A DNA stretch of 16,878 nt from Piscicoccus intestinalis (GCA_039812445.1 JBDIAM010000037.1:1-16878); one strand, 5' to 3'. Positions 1-9,827 are shown, numbered from the stretch's first letter. Notes: generated from the sequence alone by a model not told the origin. Numbers and translations are program-made.

Positions 1-878
1 CCGGAGCCGCCGTGGCCGTAGCAGTGCACGACGCGCCGCTCGCCGCTGATCTCCTCCTCGAGGCGCACGCTGGGCCGTCCGGGGCGCAGCCCGACGCGGT
101 GGGCGACGACCCGGGCGCGTTCGAGGCGCCACCCGAATGCGGGCACCATCCGCGCGCATCGGGCGACGATGGCCCGTGCCACGGCCGGGTCAGGCATCGT
201 TCCCCACACACTGTCCTGTGCGGTTCCGCCGAGCACGATCGTCTCCGAGCGCGGGATCGCGTAGGCGAGTTCGGAGTCGTCGACCCACCACTGCTCGAGG
301 CCGACCTGCTCGACGACGACGACCTGCCCGCGGATCGGCGTCATCGACGGGTCCCGGGCCAGCCCGAGCGCCCCGAGGCCCGAGCAGTTGACGACCGTGA
401 CCCCCTCGGGCCGCGGCAGGTGCGGCAGCGCCATCCGGGTCAGCGTGCCGCCGAGCTCGTGCAGCCGTCGGGTGAGCCAGTCGAGGTAGACCGGCATCTC
501 GATGACCGGCACCCGCAGGCTCCACCCGCCGGCGTACCCGTCGGGCACCCGTTCGGCCTCCCGGAACGTGGGGACCGCGCCGGCCCACTCCGGTCGCGGA
601 GACCGTTCGCGCAGCAGCTCGACGCCCCAGCGGGAGACGACCCCGGTCGCGGGGTCGGCGGCGAGCTCCTCGAAGACGGCCAGGGAGGCGGCGCCCCACG
701 CGTCGACCTGCTCGCGCGGGTAGGCGAGGTAGGGGTACCACAGCGCGGCCGCGACGGCCGAGGTCGTCTCCTGAGGCAGCTCGCGGGCGATGACGTCGAC
801 CCGATGCCCGGCCTGAAGGAGCCGGATCGCGCAGCTCAGGCCGATGACACCGGCTCCGACGACGATGACCCGACCCAT
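1..878 (-). CDS. D-amino-acid oxidase family FAD-dependent oxidoreductase; 3' end runs off the window edge
   Basis: Minus-strand ATG at 878 gives MGRVIVVGAGVIGLSCAIRLLQAGHRVDVIARE (GxGxxG Rossmann N-terminus). The frame stays open to position 3 and ends ...VAHRVGLRPGRPSVRLEEEISGERRVVHCYGHGGSG, the hallmark HxYGHGGxG C-terminal motif of DAAO/DAO family. It is absent from the ORF track because no stop codon lies in the window. The plus ORF 12..1055 is its antisense shadow. Confidence 0.8.
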   Translation of the reverse strand, partial: MGRVIVVGAGVIGLSCAIRLLQAGHRVDVIARELPQETTSAVAAALWYPYLAYPREQVDAWGAASLAVFEELAADPATGVVSRWGVELLRERSPRPEWAGAVPTFREAERVPDGYAGGWSLRVPVIEMPVYLDWLTRRLHELGGTLTRMALPHLPRPEGVTVVNCSGLGALGLARDPSMTPIRGQVVVVEQVGLEQWWVDDSELAYAIPRSETIVLGGTAQDSVWGTMPDPAVARAIVARCARMVPAFGWRLERARVVAHRVGLRPGRPSVRLEEEISGERRVVHCYGHGGS

Positions 879-994
879 GCTCGCACTCCCGACTTCGGCG
901 CCCGCGCTCGTCGGTCGTGCCGCGCATCGGCCCGTGCCCGCGCGAGTCGCATTGCGAACACCCTATCGACGCCACGCCCTCCCTCCTGCGAAAG

Positions 995-1032
995 TCGAAC
1001 ACTCGAACGGTCATTAGCACTGGCGTTCGAAC
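995..1032. promoter_or_regulatory. TCGAAC direct repeat plus inverted repeat (TCGAACG-N14-CGTTCGA) in the divergent DAAO/alkB promoter region
   Basis: TCGAAC at 995-1000 and 1003-1008. Inverted repeat tcgaacg (1003-1009) / cgttcga (1024-1030), overlapping the self-complementary GTTCGAAC at 1025-1032, 1 bp before the alkB ATG at 1034. Confidence 0.35.
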
Positions 1033-1033
1033 C

Positions 1034-1678
1034 ATGGGCTATCGTGGCCGCATGACCGGTTTCCAGGGCTCGCTGCTCGACGTCACCGACGAGCTGTGCC
1101 TGCACGGGCTCGGCCCGGCGGTGCGGCGCACCGAACTGAGCGACGGCGCGTGGGTCGACGTGCGCCCCGGCTGGGTCGGCGGCGCCGACGAGGTGTTCGC
1201 GCTCATGCGCGACCGCGTCGACTGGCAGGCCGAGCGCCGCCGCATGTACGACCGGGTGCTCGACGTGCCCCGGCTCGTGCGCTTCTACGGCGCTCGTGAG
1301 ACGCTGCCGCACCCGCTGCTCGACGACGCCCGGGCCGCGCTGAGCGAGCACTACGCCGCCGAGCTCGGCGAACCGTTCGCGACCGCGGGCCTGTGCTACT
1401 ACCGCGACGGCCGCGACTCGGTCGCCTGGCACGGCGACCGCATCGGGCGCGGCCGCACCGACGACACGATGGTCGCCATCGTGTCGGTCGGCACGCCGCG
1501 CCCCCTGCTGCTGCGGCCCGCCTCCGGCGGCCGTTCGCTGCGCTTCCAGCTGGGCCACGGCGACCTGCTCGTCATGGGCGGCTCGTGCCAACGCACGTGG
1601 GAGCACTGCGTGCCGAAGGTCGACGCCTCGACCGGCCCCCGCATCAGCATCCAGTTCCGCCCCCGCGACGTGCGCTGA
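1034..1678 (+). CDS. alkB: AlkB-family 2-oxoglutarate/Fe(II)-dependent dioxygenase (oxidative DNA/RNA alkylation repair)
   Basis: WHGD (HxD iron ligands), LGHGDLLVMGGSCQRTWEHCVP (distal His) and RISIQFR (2OG-binding Arg) align to E. coli AlkB HQDKDE / LEHGDVVVWGGESRLFYHGI / RYNLTFR. Alternative start ATG 1052 (MTGFQGSLLD). No obvious SD, so possibly leaderless. Confidence 0.85.
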   Translation: MGYRGRMTGFQGSLLDVTDELCLHGLGPAVRRTELSDGAWVDVRPGWVGGADEVFALMRDRVDWQAERRRMYDRVLDVPRLVRFYGARETLPHPLLDDARAALSEHYAAELGEPFATAGLCYYRDGRDSVAWHGDRIGRGRTDDTMVAIVSVGTPRPLLLRPASGGRSLRFQLGHGDLLVMGGSCQRTWEHCVPKVDASTGPRISIQFRPRDVR

Positions 1679-1722
1679 TCCGCCGATGCGCTCGCGGCCC
1701 GCGGCGTGCGCACCGCCACGGG

Positions 1723-2832
1723 CTATCGGCTCGGGGTGAGCCGGCCCGCCATCTCCGGTCCCCCGGTGTCGGCCCGCACGGCGATCTGGCCGCGCGCGTT
1801 GACCGCCACGGCGTCGGTGAGGGTCCAGCCGGCGGGCAGGTTCACGGTGCGCCGCGTGAGGTCGACCATCCGCCCGGACTGCCAGGCCACCGCGCGGGCT
1901 CCGCGCTGCCCGACGACGACGCCGGCGTCGTTGACGCCCCGCGGCCGCAGGTTCGTCGCGCCCTTGAGCGTGACCGGGTTCGCGCTCGTCGAGAGCCAGG
2001 CCGCCGTGCCGCGGGACCCGCCGGGCGTCTCCGGCACGCCGACGCGCCCCACGAGGTAGCGGCCGTTCGGGGAGATTCCGTCGACGGCACTGGATCTCGG
2101 GGCACGCACCGGCGTCACGCCGGAGGCGGTCAGCACGACCCCGCGCGGAAAGGTCCCCGTCGAGGGCTGGCTCGGCCGGTGCGCGATGCCGACGGCGCGG
2201 CCGGCCTGCGAGATGCCGGTGATGTCGTAGGTGGCGGTCAACGATGTGGGCACCGAGACGACCCGTCCGTTCGCGCCGTAGAAGGGCGTCGACGACTTCA
2301 CACTGTCGGCCGCGCCCGCGTAGACCGCGCTGTCGTTCACCGCGCCGACCCGCACCTGGTAGTTCGCGCCGGGCACCTCCACACGCTCGCGCAGGCTCGT
2401 CCCGACGCCCCAGACGTAGAAGAACGGGCTGGGGCTGGGCGGACCGCCGACGACCCGACCGGCCGGCCCGATCGCCGTCGCCCGGAACTGGGAGGCGGAG
2501 CCGTCCGCCGAAGCGTCGAGCCACTGCCCGTCGCGGCCGTTGCCGACGAACGGCAACGGATCGCCGGACTCCGGCTCCACGTTGCCCGCCACCCACCCGG
2601 AGTCGGCGATCCCGACCGGGTGCGACGCGAGGCCGTTGCCGCTGCCGTCGGGCAGCAGCGACGGCGCCACGAGCGTGAACGTGTAGCCACCCGGCAGGCG
2701 GGCTGCGGCTGGAGCGTTCGCGCCGGCTGGGTCGACGCGGGGTGTGGCCGCGGCTCCCGCGGTCGAGGTCGCGAGCGCGCACACGCCCGCGGCGAGGGCG
2801 GCGGACAGGCGGGCACCAGGGTGCTGGATCAT
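1723..2832 (-). CDS. Secreted HAF-repeat family protein, function unknown
   Basis: Start MIQHPGARLSAALAAGVCALATSTAGAAA has signal-peptide character. Repeated units VNDAGVVVGQRGARAVAWQSGRMVDL, ISPNGRYLVGRVG...AAWL, ISQAGRAVGIA and VNARGQIAV resemble the HAF extracellular repeat (iNdxGqvvG...hAflW). The ORF-track start at 2895 is probably too far upstream. Plus ORFs 1393..2934 and 2244..2678 are Arg-rich shadows. Confidence 0.55.
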   Translation of the reverse strand: MIQHPGARLSAALAAGVCALATSTAGAAATPRVDPAGANAPAAARLPGGYTFTLVAPSLLPDGSGNGLASHPVGIADSGWVAGNVEPESGDPLPFVGNGRDGQWLDASADGSASQFRATAIGPAGRVVGGPPSPSPFFYVWGVGTSLRERVEVPGANYQVRVGAVNDSAVYAGAADSVKSSTPFYGANGRVVSVPTSLTATYDITGISQAGRAVGIAHRPSQPSTGTFPRGVVLTASGVTPVRAPRSSAVDGISPNGRYLVGRVGVPETPGGSRGTAAWLSTSANPVTLKGATNLRPRGVNDAGVVVGQRGARAVAWQSGRMVDLTRRTVNLPAGWTLTDAVAVNARGQIAVRADTGGPEMAGRLTPSR

Positions 2833-3083
2833 GCGTGGCTCCTGTGGTTCGTCGGCCGGCGAGCGACCGGTCAGGAGACCGGTTTCGGCCTCCATGACCT
2901 CGGAGCGCGCTCGAACGCCCGTGATACCCCGTGATGGACGGACCCGCCCACGCCCGCCTCACGTCGCCGGCCGGCGAAGGCACGGCGAAGGCAGGTCGCG
3001 GGGACAGGAGACCAACGTCCCGCGCTGGACGGGCTGCTCCCAAACGCCAGCGGGAGCGGGAGACGGGCTGGAAGACTGCGCGC

Positions 3084-4862
3084 ATGGCGCGCGAATTCGA
3101 AAAAGTAGCTGTGGTAGGGGTCGGCACGATCGGCGCGGGCATCGTCGAGATCTTCGCCCGGTCGGGCCGCGACGTCATCGCGGTCGCTCTCAACGACGAG
3201 AAGGCCGAGCGCGGAAAGTACCTGCTGGAGCGCTCGACCCAGGCCGCAGTCGACGGCGACAAGATGGCGGCCGCCGACCGCGAGGCAACGCTGAGCCGGG
3301 TCACCATCACCACCGACATCACGCAGGTGGCGCAGGCCGACCTCGTCATCGAGGCGGTCAGCGAGACCATCGAGGCCAAGCGCAAGGTCGTCGGCCAGCT
3401 CGAGGTGATCATCTCCGACGACGCGGTGCTCGCGACGAACACCTCCAGCCACTCGGTCACCGACATCGCCGCGGCCATGCAGTTGCCGGGCCGCGTCATC
3501 GGCACGCACTTCTTCCCGCCGATCCCGGTCATGCGGCTCGTGGAGATCGTGCGCACCGTGATGACGGATCCGCCGGTCATCGACGAGGTCGTCGAACTCA
3601 TGCGCTCCCTCGACAAGGACCCGATCGTCGTCGAGGATCGCGCCGGATACATCGCCGACGCGCTCGTGCTCGGCTACCTCAACCACGCCGTCGAGATGTA
3701 CGAGGCGAAGTACGCCACCCGCGAGGACATCGATGCCGCGATGAAGCTCGGCTGCGGCCTGCCCCGCGGCCCGCTGGAGCTGCTCGACCTCATCGGCCTG
3801 GACACCGCCTACTCGGTGCTCGACACCATGCACAAGGCGAGCGGCAACCCGCTGCACGCACCCCGGCCGATCCTCAAGCAGATGGTCACCGCGGGCCTGC
3901 TCGGGCGCAAGAGCGGGCGCGGCTTCTACAGCTACGAGCAGCCCGACTCCGCCAAGGTCGTGCCCGACAAGCTGACGCCGTCGGCCGAGGTCTCCGGGGA
4001 GAACACCCGCACGATCGAGAAGGTCGGGGTCGTCGGCAACGGCACGATGGCCATGGGCATCGTCGAGGTCTTCGCCAAGGCCGGCTACCCCGTGACGTTC
4101 GTCGCCCGTTCGCAGGAGAAGGCGGACCGCTCGCTCGGCAAGCTCACCGCCTCCCTCGACAAGGCCGTGGGCCGCGGCAAGATGACGCAGGAGGGCCGCG
4201 ACGCCGCGCTCGGCCTGGTCACTGCGGCCTCCGCGCTGACCGACCTGGGTGACGTCGACATCGTCGTGGAGGCGATCGCCGAGGACCTCGCCGTCAAGCA
4301 GGACACGTTCGCCCGGCTCGACGAGATCTGCAAGCCCGGCGCGATCCTGGCCACGACGACCTCCTCGCTGCCGGTCATCAAGTGCGCGGTCGCCACGTCG
4401 CGTCCGCAGGACGTCATCGGCATGCACTTCTTCAACCCGGCCCAGGTCATGAAGCTCGTCGAGGTCGTCTCGACGGTCTCCACGGCCGACGACGTCACCG
4501 CCACCGTCGCGCAGCTGTGCGCGAGCATCAAGAAGCACCCGGTGTTCTGCGCCGACGTCTCCGGCTTCATCGTCAACGCCCTGTTGTTCCCCTACCTCAA
4601 CGACGCGGTGACGATGCTGGCCTCGCAGTACGCCACGATCGACGAGATCGACCTGGCGATGAAGGCCGGCTGCGGCTACCCGATGGGCCCGTTCGAGCTG
4701 CTCGACGTCGTCGGGCTCGACGTGTCGCTGGCGATCCAGCAGGAGCTGTTCACCGAGTTCCGCCAGCCCGCGTTCGCGCCCGCGCCGCTGCTGGAGTACC
4801 TCGTGCAGGCCGGTTTCCTCGGCCGCAAGACCGGCCGCGGGTTCCACAACTACGCGCGCTGA
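3084..4862 (+). CDS. Tandem-duplicated 3-hydroxyacyl-CoA (3-hydroxybutyryl-CoA) dehydrogenase, two complete HADH units fused
   Basis: Two N-terminal Rossmann starts (KVAVVGVGTIGAGI at residue ~8 and KVGVVGNGTMAMGI at ~306). Each is followed by NTSS/TTSS and HFF(N/P)P...VMKLVEVV motifs and a C-terminal dimerisation segment (GRKSGRGFYSY / GRKTGRGFHNY). RBS-like GGAAGA upstream of ATG 3084. Confidence 0.9.
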   Translation: MAREFEKVAVVGVGTIGAGIVEIFARSGRDVIAVALNDEKAERGKYLLERSTQAAVDGDKMAAADREATLSRVTITTDITQVAQADLVIEAVSETIEAKRKVVGQLEVIISDDAVLATNTSSHSVTDIAAAMQLPGRVIGTHFFPPIPVMRLVEIVRTVMTDPPVIDEVVELMRSLDKDPIVVEDRAGYIADALVLGYLNHAVEMYEAKYATREDIDAAMKLGCGLPRGPLELLDLIGLDTAYSVLDTMHKASGNPLHAPRPILKQMVTAGLLGRKSGRGFYSYEQPDSAKVVPDKLTPSAEVSGENTRTIEKVGVVGNGTMAMGIVEVFAKAGYPVTFVARSQEKADRSLGKLTASLDKAVGRGKMTQEGRDAALGLVTAASALTDLGDVDIVVEAIAEDLAVKQDTFARLDEICKPGAILATTTSSLPVIKCAVATSRPQDVIGMHFFNPAQVMKLVEVVSTVSTADDVTATVAQLCASIKKHPVFCADVSGFIVNALLFPYLNDAVTMLASQYATIDEIDLAMKAGCGYPMGPFELLDVVGLDVSLAIQQELFTEFRQPAFAPAPLLEYLVQAGFLGRKTGRGFHNYAR

Positions 4863-4875
4863 CCAGAGCCAGACG

Positions 4876-4907
4876 AAGGGGCCGGATCCGTTGGGATCCG
4901 GCCCCTT
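4876..4907. terminator. Bidirectional intrinsic terminator between convergent HADH and leuA
   Basis: Perfect 14-bp inverted repeat AAGGGGCCGGATCC-GTTG-GGATCCGGCCCCTT followed by TTTCGG. Located 14 nt after the HADH stop and 21 nt after the leuA stop on the other strand. Confidence 0.75.
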
Positions 4908-4928
4908 TCGGCATCCGTGAGACGAGGC

Positions 4929-6788
<1,860 letters not shown>

Positions 6789-6845
6789 CTAGTAGGCCTC
6801 GCCGCGGCGACGAAGCAGGAGGTTCCTGCGCGATCCGAAGAACAC
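6789..6845 (-). CDS. leuL: Putative leucine leader peptide (18 aa, V/M-FFGSRRNLLLRRRGEAY) of a leuA attenuator
   Basis: Small minus-strand ORF GTG(6845)...TAG(6789), 70 nt upstream of leuA, containing three consecutive Leu codons CTC-CTG-CTT. TACGGT -10-like hexamer sits 6 nt upstream of the GTG, compatible with a leaderless start. Followed by overlapping complementary segments (see regulatory feature). Confidence 0.5.
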   Translation of the reverse strand: MFFGSRRNLLLRRRGEAY

Positions 6846-6915
6846 CCCTGCACCGTAGCGGCTCCCGGCGCCGCGCGTCCACGCGGGTGCCGGCCCGGCG
6901 CGTCGGCACGCCCCG

Positions 6916-7137
6916 CTACTGCTTGCGCGGCCGGCCCCGGCGCGGCAGGGGTCTCGCGTCGCGAGGAGCCCGGCCCTCGGCCTCCAGGGCGCGGCGCAGC
7001 ACGATCTCGATCTGCGCGTTGACGCTGCGCAGCTCGTCGGACGCCCAGCGCGAGAGCGCCTCGTGCACGGCAGGGTCGAGCCGCAGCAGCACCTGCTTGC
7101 GCTGCTGCGGCTGCGGCTTGTCGTTCCCGCCTGACAC
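6916..7137 (-). CDS. Small ribbon-helix-helix (Arc/CopG/HicB-antitoxin-like) DNA-binding protein
   Basis: GTG 7137 ... TAG 6916, 73 aa: VSGGNDKPQPQQRKQVLLRLDPAVHEALSRWASDELRSVNAQIEIVLRRALEAEGRAPRDARPLPRRGRPRKQ. Beta-strand LLRL followed by two helices is the RHH signature. Strong GC3 bias. Lies 40 nt after the SPFH stop, same strand. Start codon uncertain. Confidence 0.55.
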   Translation of the reverse strand: MSGGNDKPQPQQRKQVLLRLDPAVHEALSRWASDELRSVNAQIEIVLRRALEAEGRAPRDARPLPRRGRPRKQ

Positions 7138-7177
7138 AATCCGTCCGATCCGTCGGGTGCGGCCTGGGCTGCCCGGC

Positions 7178-8248
7178 TCAGGTGTAGAGGCTGCCGGTGT
7201 TGACGACCGGGGTGGCCCGCTGCTCGCCGCACAGCACGACGAGCAGGTTGCTGACCATCGCCGCGCGGCGCTCCTCGTCGAGGGCCACGACCGAATCGGC
7301 CTCCAGGCGCTGCAGGGCGTCTTCGACCATGCCGACCGCGCCGTCGACGATGCGGGCGCGGGCCGCGACGATCGCGCCGGCCTGCTGGCGCTGCAGCATC
7401 GCCTGGGCGATCTCCGGGGCGTAGGCCAGGTGGGCGATGCGCACCTCGATGACCTCGACACCGGCGATGATGACGCGCTCGGCCACCTCGTGCGCCAGCT
7501 CCGCGCTGACCAGATCGGTGCTGCCCCGCAGCGACGTGGCGCCGCCCTCGTAGTCGTCGTAGGGGTGCGTCGTCGCGACGTGCCGCAGCGCCGCCTCCGC
7601 CTGCACGTGCACGAAGTCGCTGTAGTCCTCGACCGCGAACCGCGCCTTGGCTGTATCAGCCACCTGCCACACGACGATCGCGCCGATCTCGACCGGGTTG
7701 CCGTGCGCGTCGTTGACCTTGACGACACTCGTCTCGAAGTTGTGCACCCGCACGGAGACGGTGGGCTTGGTCGTCAGCGGCATCACCATCGTCAGGCCCT
7801 CGCGCCGGTTCGTGCCGACGTACTGCCCGAAGAACTGCAGCACCTTCGTCTGCCCCGGCTGCACGATCGTCACCGAGCTGAGCACGAGCACCGCGGCGAC
7901 GAACAGCACCCCGGCCCCGATCAGCGCGCCCAGGCCGCCGGTGCCGGCGTTGAGCGCGAATCCCCCGATGACCGCCAGGTAGACCGCCACCCCCAGCAGC
8001 ACGACCCCGACGAGCAACGCGAGGAAGCCGTTGACCGCCCAGGCCCGGCGCTCGGTGACGTCGACCCGCGCGCCCGAGTGCCCCACCGGCGTCGCCTGCG
8101 GCGGCACCTCCTGCGGGCCCTCCGAGACCACGCCCTCGGCCGTGGCGCCGCGTGACTCTCGCACCCCCTGCTCCCGTGCTTCCGGGGCCTCCCGTGCCTC
8201 CCGTGCCTCGGCGGGCACCGAACCGTCTCGTCGCCCCTGCTCGTCCAT
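7178..8248 (-). CDS. SPFH / band-7 (stomatin-prohibitin-flotillin-HflK/C family) membrane protein
   Basis: Start ATG 8248 preceded by GGGGAG 7 nt upstream. N-terminal acidic [14 protein letters not shown] repeat, two predicted TM helices ([23 protein letters not shown]; [21 protein letters not shown]), then SPFH core ([18 protein letters not shown]...[24 protein letters not shown]). The ORF-track start at 8395 reads through the promoter region and is probably spurious. Confidence 0.85.
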   Translation of the reverse strand: MDEQGRRDGSVPAEAREAREAPEAREQGVRESRGATAEGVVSEGPQEVPPQATPVGHSGARVDVTERRAWAVNGFLALLVGVVLLGVAVYLAVIGGFALNAGTGGLGALIGAGVLFVAAVLVLSSVTIVQPGQTKVLQFFGQYVGTNRREGLTMVMPLTTKPTVSVRVHNFETSVVKVNDAHGNPVEIGAIVVWQVADTAKARFAVEDYSDFVHVQAEAALRHVATTHPYDDYEGGATSLRGSTDLVSAELAHEVAERVIIAGVEVIEVRIAHLAYAPEIAQAMLQRQQAGAIVAARARIVDGAVGMVEDALQRLEADSVVALDEERRAAMVSNLLVVLCGEQRATPVVNTGSLYT

Positions 8249-8281
8249 CACAACTCCCCTCTCGTCGGCCAGCTCGGCCCC

Positions 8282-8302
8282 CTGATATCTAAGTGATATC
8301 AG
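8282..8302. promoter_or_regulatory. Perfect palindrome CTGATATC-TAAGT-GATATCAG in an AT-rich island; candidate operator over the SPFH promoter
   Basis: 8-bp arms with a 5-bp spacer in a locally AT-rich patch, unusual for this genome. Minus-strand ATAAAT -10-like hexamer (8308-8303) immediately abuts it, about 50 nt upstream of SPFH ATG 8248. It lies about 60 bp from the divergent M4 promoter element. Confidence 0.45.
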
Positions 8303-8363
8303 ATTTATGACGTGGTCGCGAGCGCGTCGGTTCCGCTCGGGCGCGGATTGTTGAACTCGAACC

Positions 8364-8386
8364 TTGTCGGTGGTCGGTGCTTCAAT
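8364..8386 (+). promoter_or_regulatory. RecA-NDp-like (PafBC-type DNA-damage) promoter element TTGTCGGTG-N8-TTCAAT, placed for a leaderless M4-nei transcript
   Basis: TTGTCGGTG (8364-8372) perfectly matches the tTGTCRgtg -35-like element of the mycobacterial/actinobacterial RecA-independent promoter. After 8 nt comes TTCAAT (8381-8386) versus consensus TAnnnT, one mismatch at position 2. The ATG at 8394 lies 7 nt after the hexamer with no SD, so the transcript would be leaderless. Confidence 0.35.
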
Positions 8387-8393
8387 CGTTGAC

Positions 8394-9827
8394 ATGACGA
8401 ATCACCGTGAACTTCACGACATCTCGCGCGGGGCCGCGCAGTGCACGGTGGTCCCGCCGTTCCTGCTGCAGCGCCTGGCGCGCTCCGGAGACGGGCCGGC
8501 CGCCACCGTGGCCCGCGACACCCTGCGTCTGGAGCACACGCTGCGGGTGCGGCGCGAGGCGCGCTCGATGCGCCAGCCACGATCGACGGGCGGCCCCGTG
8601 CCGGGTCGGGAGCCCGCCGCCGGCGGCGAGCCGCAGAACGAGCGCGTCGACGAGCCGGTCGAGGGGCCGCTCGAGGGGCGAGGCGACGAGCGGGGCGATG
8701 CTCGAGGCGGTGACGCCCGCGACGGGAGCGGGGAACCGGGGCCGCCCGGTCAGGGGTTCGTGCCCGACCGGCTGCAGCGCCACCCCAGGCTCCGGGAGCA
8801 TCGTCGCGTCGAACCGCCGCGCGGGCTGGCGCCCGGCGAGCCGCCACAGGAGGCGGTGACCGCGACCCCCGACCGGGCGGTCCACGACGCCGAGCACGGC
8901 ACCGATCTGCCCGGCGTGCTGCGCCGCGACGAGGGCGCCGAGCCGCACGCCGACGAGTCCGTCAACGAGGCCTACGACGGGCTCGGCCACACGTGGTCGC
9001 TGTTCCACGACGCGTACGGGCGCAACTCCCTCGACGACGCCGGGCTCAAGCTCGTCGCGTCCGTGCACTTCGCGAAGGACTACGACAACGCGTTCTGGGA
9101 CGGCGAACAGATGGTCTTCGGCGACGGCGACGGCGAGGTGTTCGGCTCGTTCACCGACTGCCTCGACGTCATCGGCCACGAGCTCGCGCACGGGTTCACC
9201 CAGTACACGGCGGGATTCGTCTATGTCGGGCAGTCCGGGGCGCTCAACGAGCACGTCTCCGACGTGTTCGGCGTGCTCACCGTGCAGCGCGTCGAGGGGC
9301 AGATCGCCGACCAGGCCGACTGGCTCGTCGGCAAGGACCTGTTCCTGCCGGGCGTGCAGGGCGTCGCGCTGCGGTCGATGAAGGCGCCCGGCACCGCGTA
9401 CGACGACCCGCGCCTGGGCAAAGACCCGCAGCCCGCGCACATGGACGACTACGAACAGCTGCCGCACGACGAGGCCAACGACAACGGCGGGGTGCACATC
9501 AACTCCGGCATCCCCAACCACGCCTTCTACCTGGCCGCCACCACCCTCGGCGGCAACGCCTGGGAGGCCCCCGGCCAGATCTGGTACGACGTCATGACCA
9601 CCGGCGGCCTGCCCAAAGACGCCGACTTCGCGGCCTTCGCCGCCGCCACCCTCGCGGCCGCCGGCGCCCGTTACGGCGAGGGCAGCGCCGAGCAGGAGGC
9701 GGTCCGGGCGGGCTGGGACGGAGTCGGTGTGGTCGCCGCCGCCTCCCCCGTGCACCTGACCCGGCCCCGGCCCGACGCGCGGGCGGCCGCCCGGGGGCCG
9801 CGGCGCCTGCCCGATGCCCGAAGGTGA
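8394..9827 (+). CDS. Protealysin-like thermolysin-family (M4) zinc metalloprotease, intracellular type with short PPL-motif propeptide
   Basis: HExxH plus downstream Glu (VIGHELAHGFTQYTAGFVYVGQSGALNEHVSDVFG). Other M4 blocks: DNAFWDGEQMVFGDGDG, GGVHINSGIPNHAFY, C-terminal VRAGWDGVGV. No signal peptide. N-terminal CTVVPPFLLQRL resembles the conserved PPL motif of protealysin-like propeptides. An Asp/Glu/Gly/Arg low-complexity linker of roughly 60 residues (PAAGGEPQNERVDEPVEGPLEGRGDERGDARGGDARDGSGEP) sits between propeptide and catalytic domain. Stop overlaps nei start by 14 nt. Confidence 0.9.
   Translation: MTNHRELHDISRGAAQCTVVPPFLLQRLARSGDGPAATVARDTLRLEHTLRVRREARSMRQPRSTGGPVPGREPAAGGEPQNERVDEPVEGPLEGRGDERGDARGGDARDGSGEPGPPGQGFVPDRLQRHPRLREHRRVEPPRGLAPGEPPQEAVTATPDRAVHDAEHGTDLPGVLRRDEGAEPHADESVNEAYDGLGHTWSLFHDAYGRNSLDDAGLKLVASVHFAKDYDNAFWDGEQMVFGDGDGEVFGSFTDCLDVIGHELAHGFTQYTAGFVYVGQSGALNEHVSDVFGVLTVQRVEGQIADQADWLVGKDLFLPGVQGVALRSMKAPGTAYDDPRLGKDPQPAHMDDYEQLPHDEANDNGGVHINSGIPNHAFYLAATTLGGNAWEAPGQIWYDVMTTGGLPKDADFAAFAAATLAAAGARYGEGSAEQEAVRAGWDGVGVVAAASPVHLTRPRPDARAAARGPRRLPDARR

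Noticed and set aside
995-1032. Canonical actinobacterial LexA/SOS box upstream of alkB
   Set aside because: TCGAAC half-sites are present, but the required TCGAAC-N4-GTTCGA spacing is not met: the direct copies are 2 nt apart and the inverted copy 16 nt away. Reported only as a non-canonical element.
12-1055. 347-aa plus-strand ORF at the left edge
   Set aside because: It is the antisense of the DAAO gene, whose Rossmann N-terminus and HCYGHGGSG C-terminus are clear on the minus strand. The plus translation has no motif.
836-3652. 938-aa minus-strand ORF spanning alkB, the HAF gene and the start of HADH
   Set aside because: It is extremely Arg/Gly/Ala-rich with no recognisable domain. It overlaps three well-supported genes on both strands and lies in the wrong frame relative to the HAF gene. 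This is a typical high-GC shadow ORF.
8160-8215. Tandem CCTCCCGTGC-type 9-10 bp repeats near the SPFH 5' end as a possible regulatory repeat
   Set aside because: They lie inside the SPFH coding sequence and simply encode the in-frame [12 protein letters not shown] acidic repeat of the N-terminal tail, so not a separate element.
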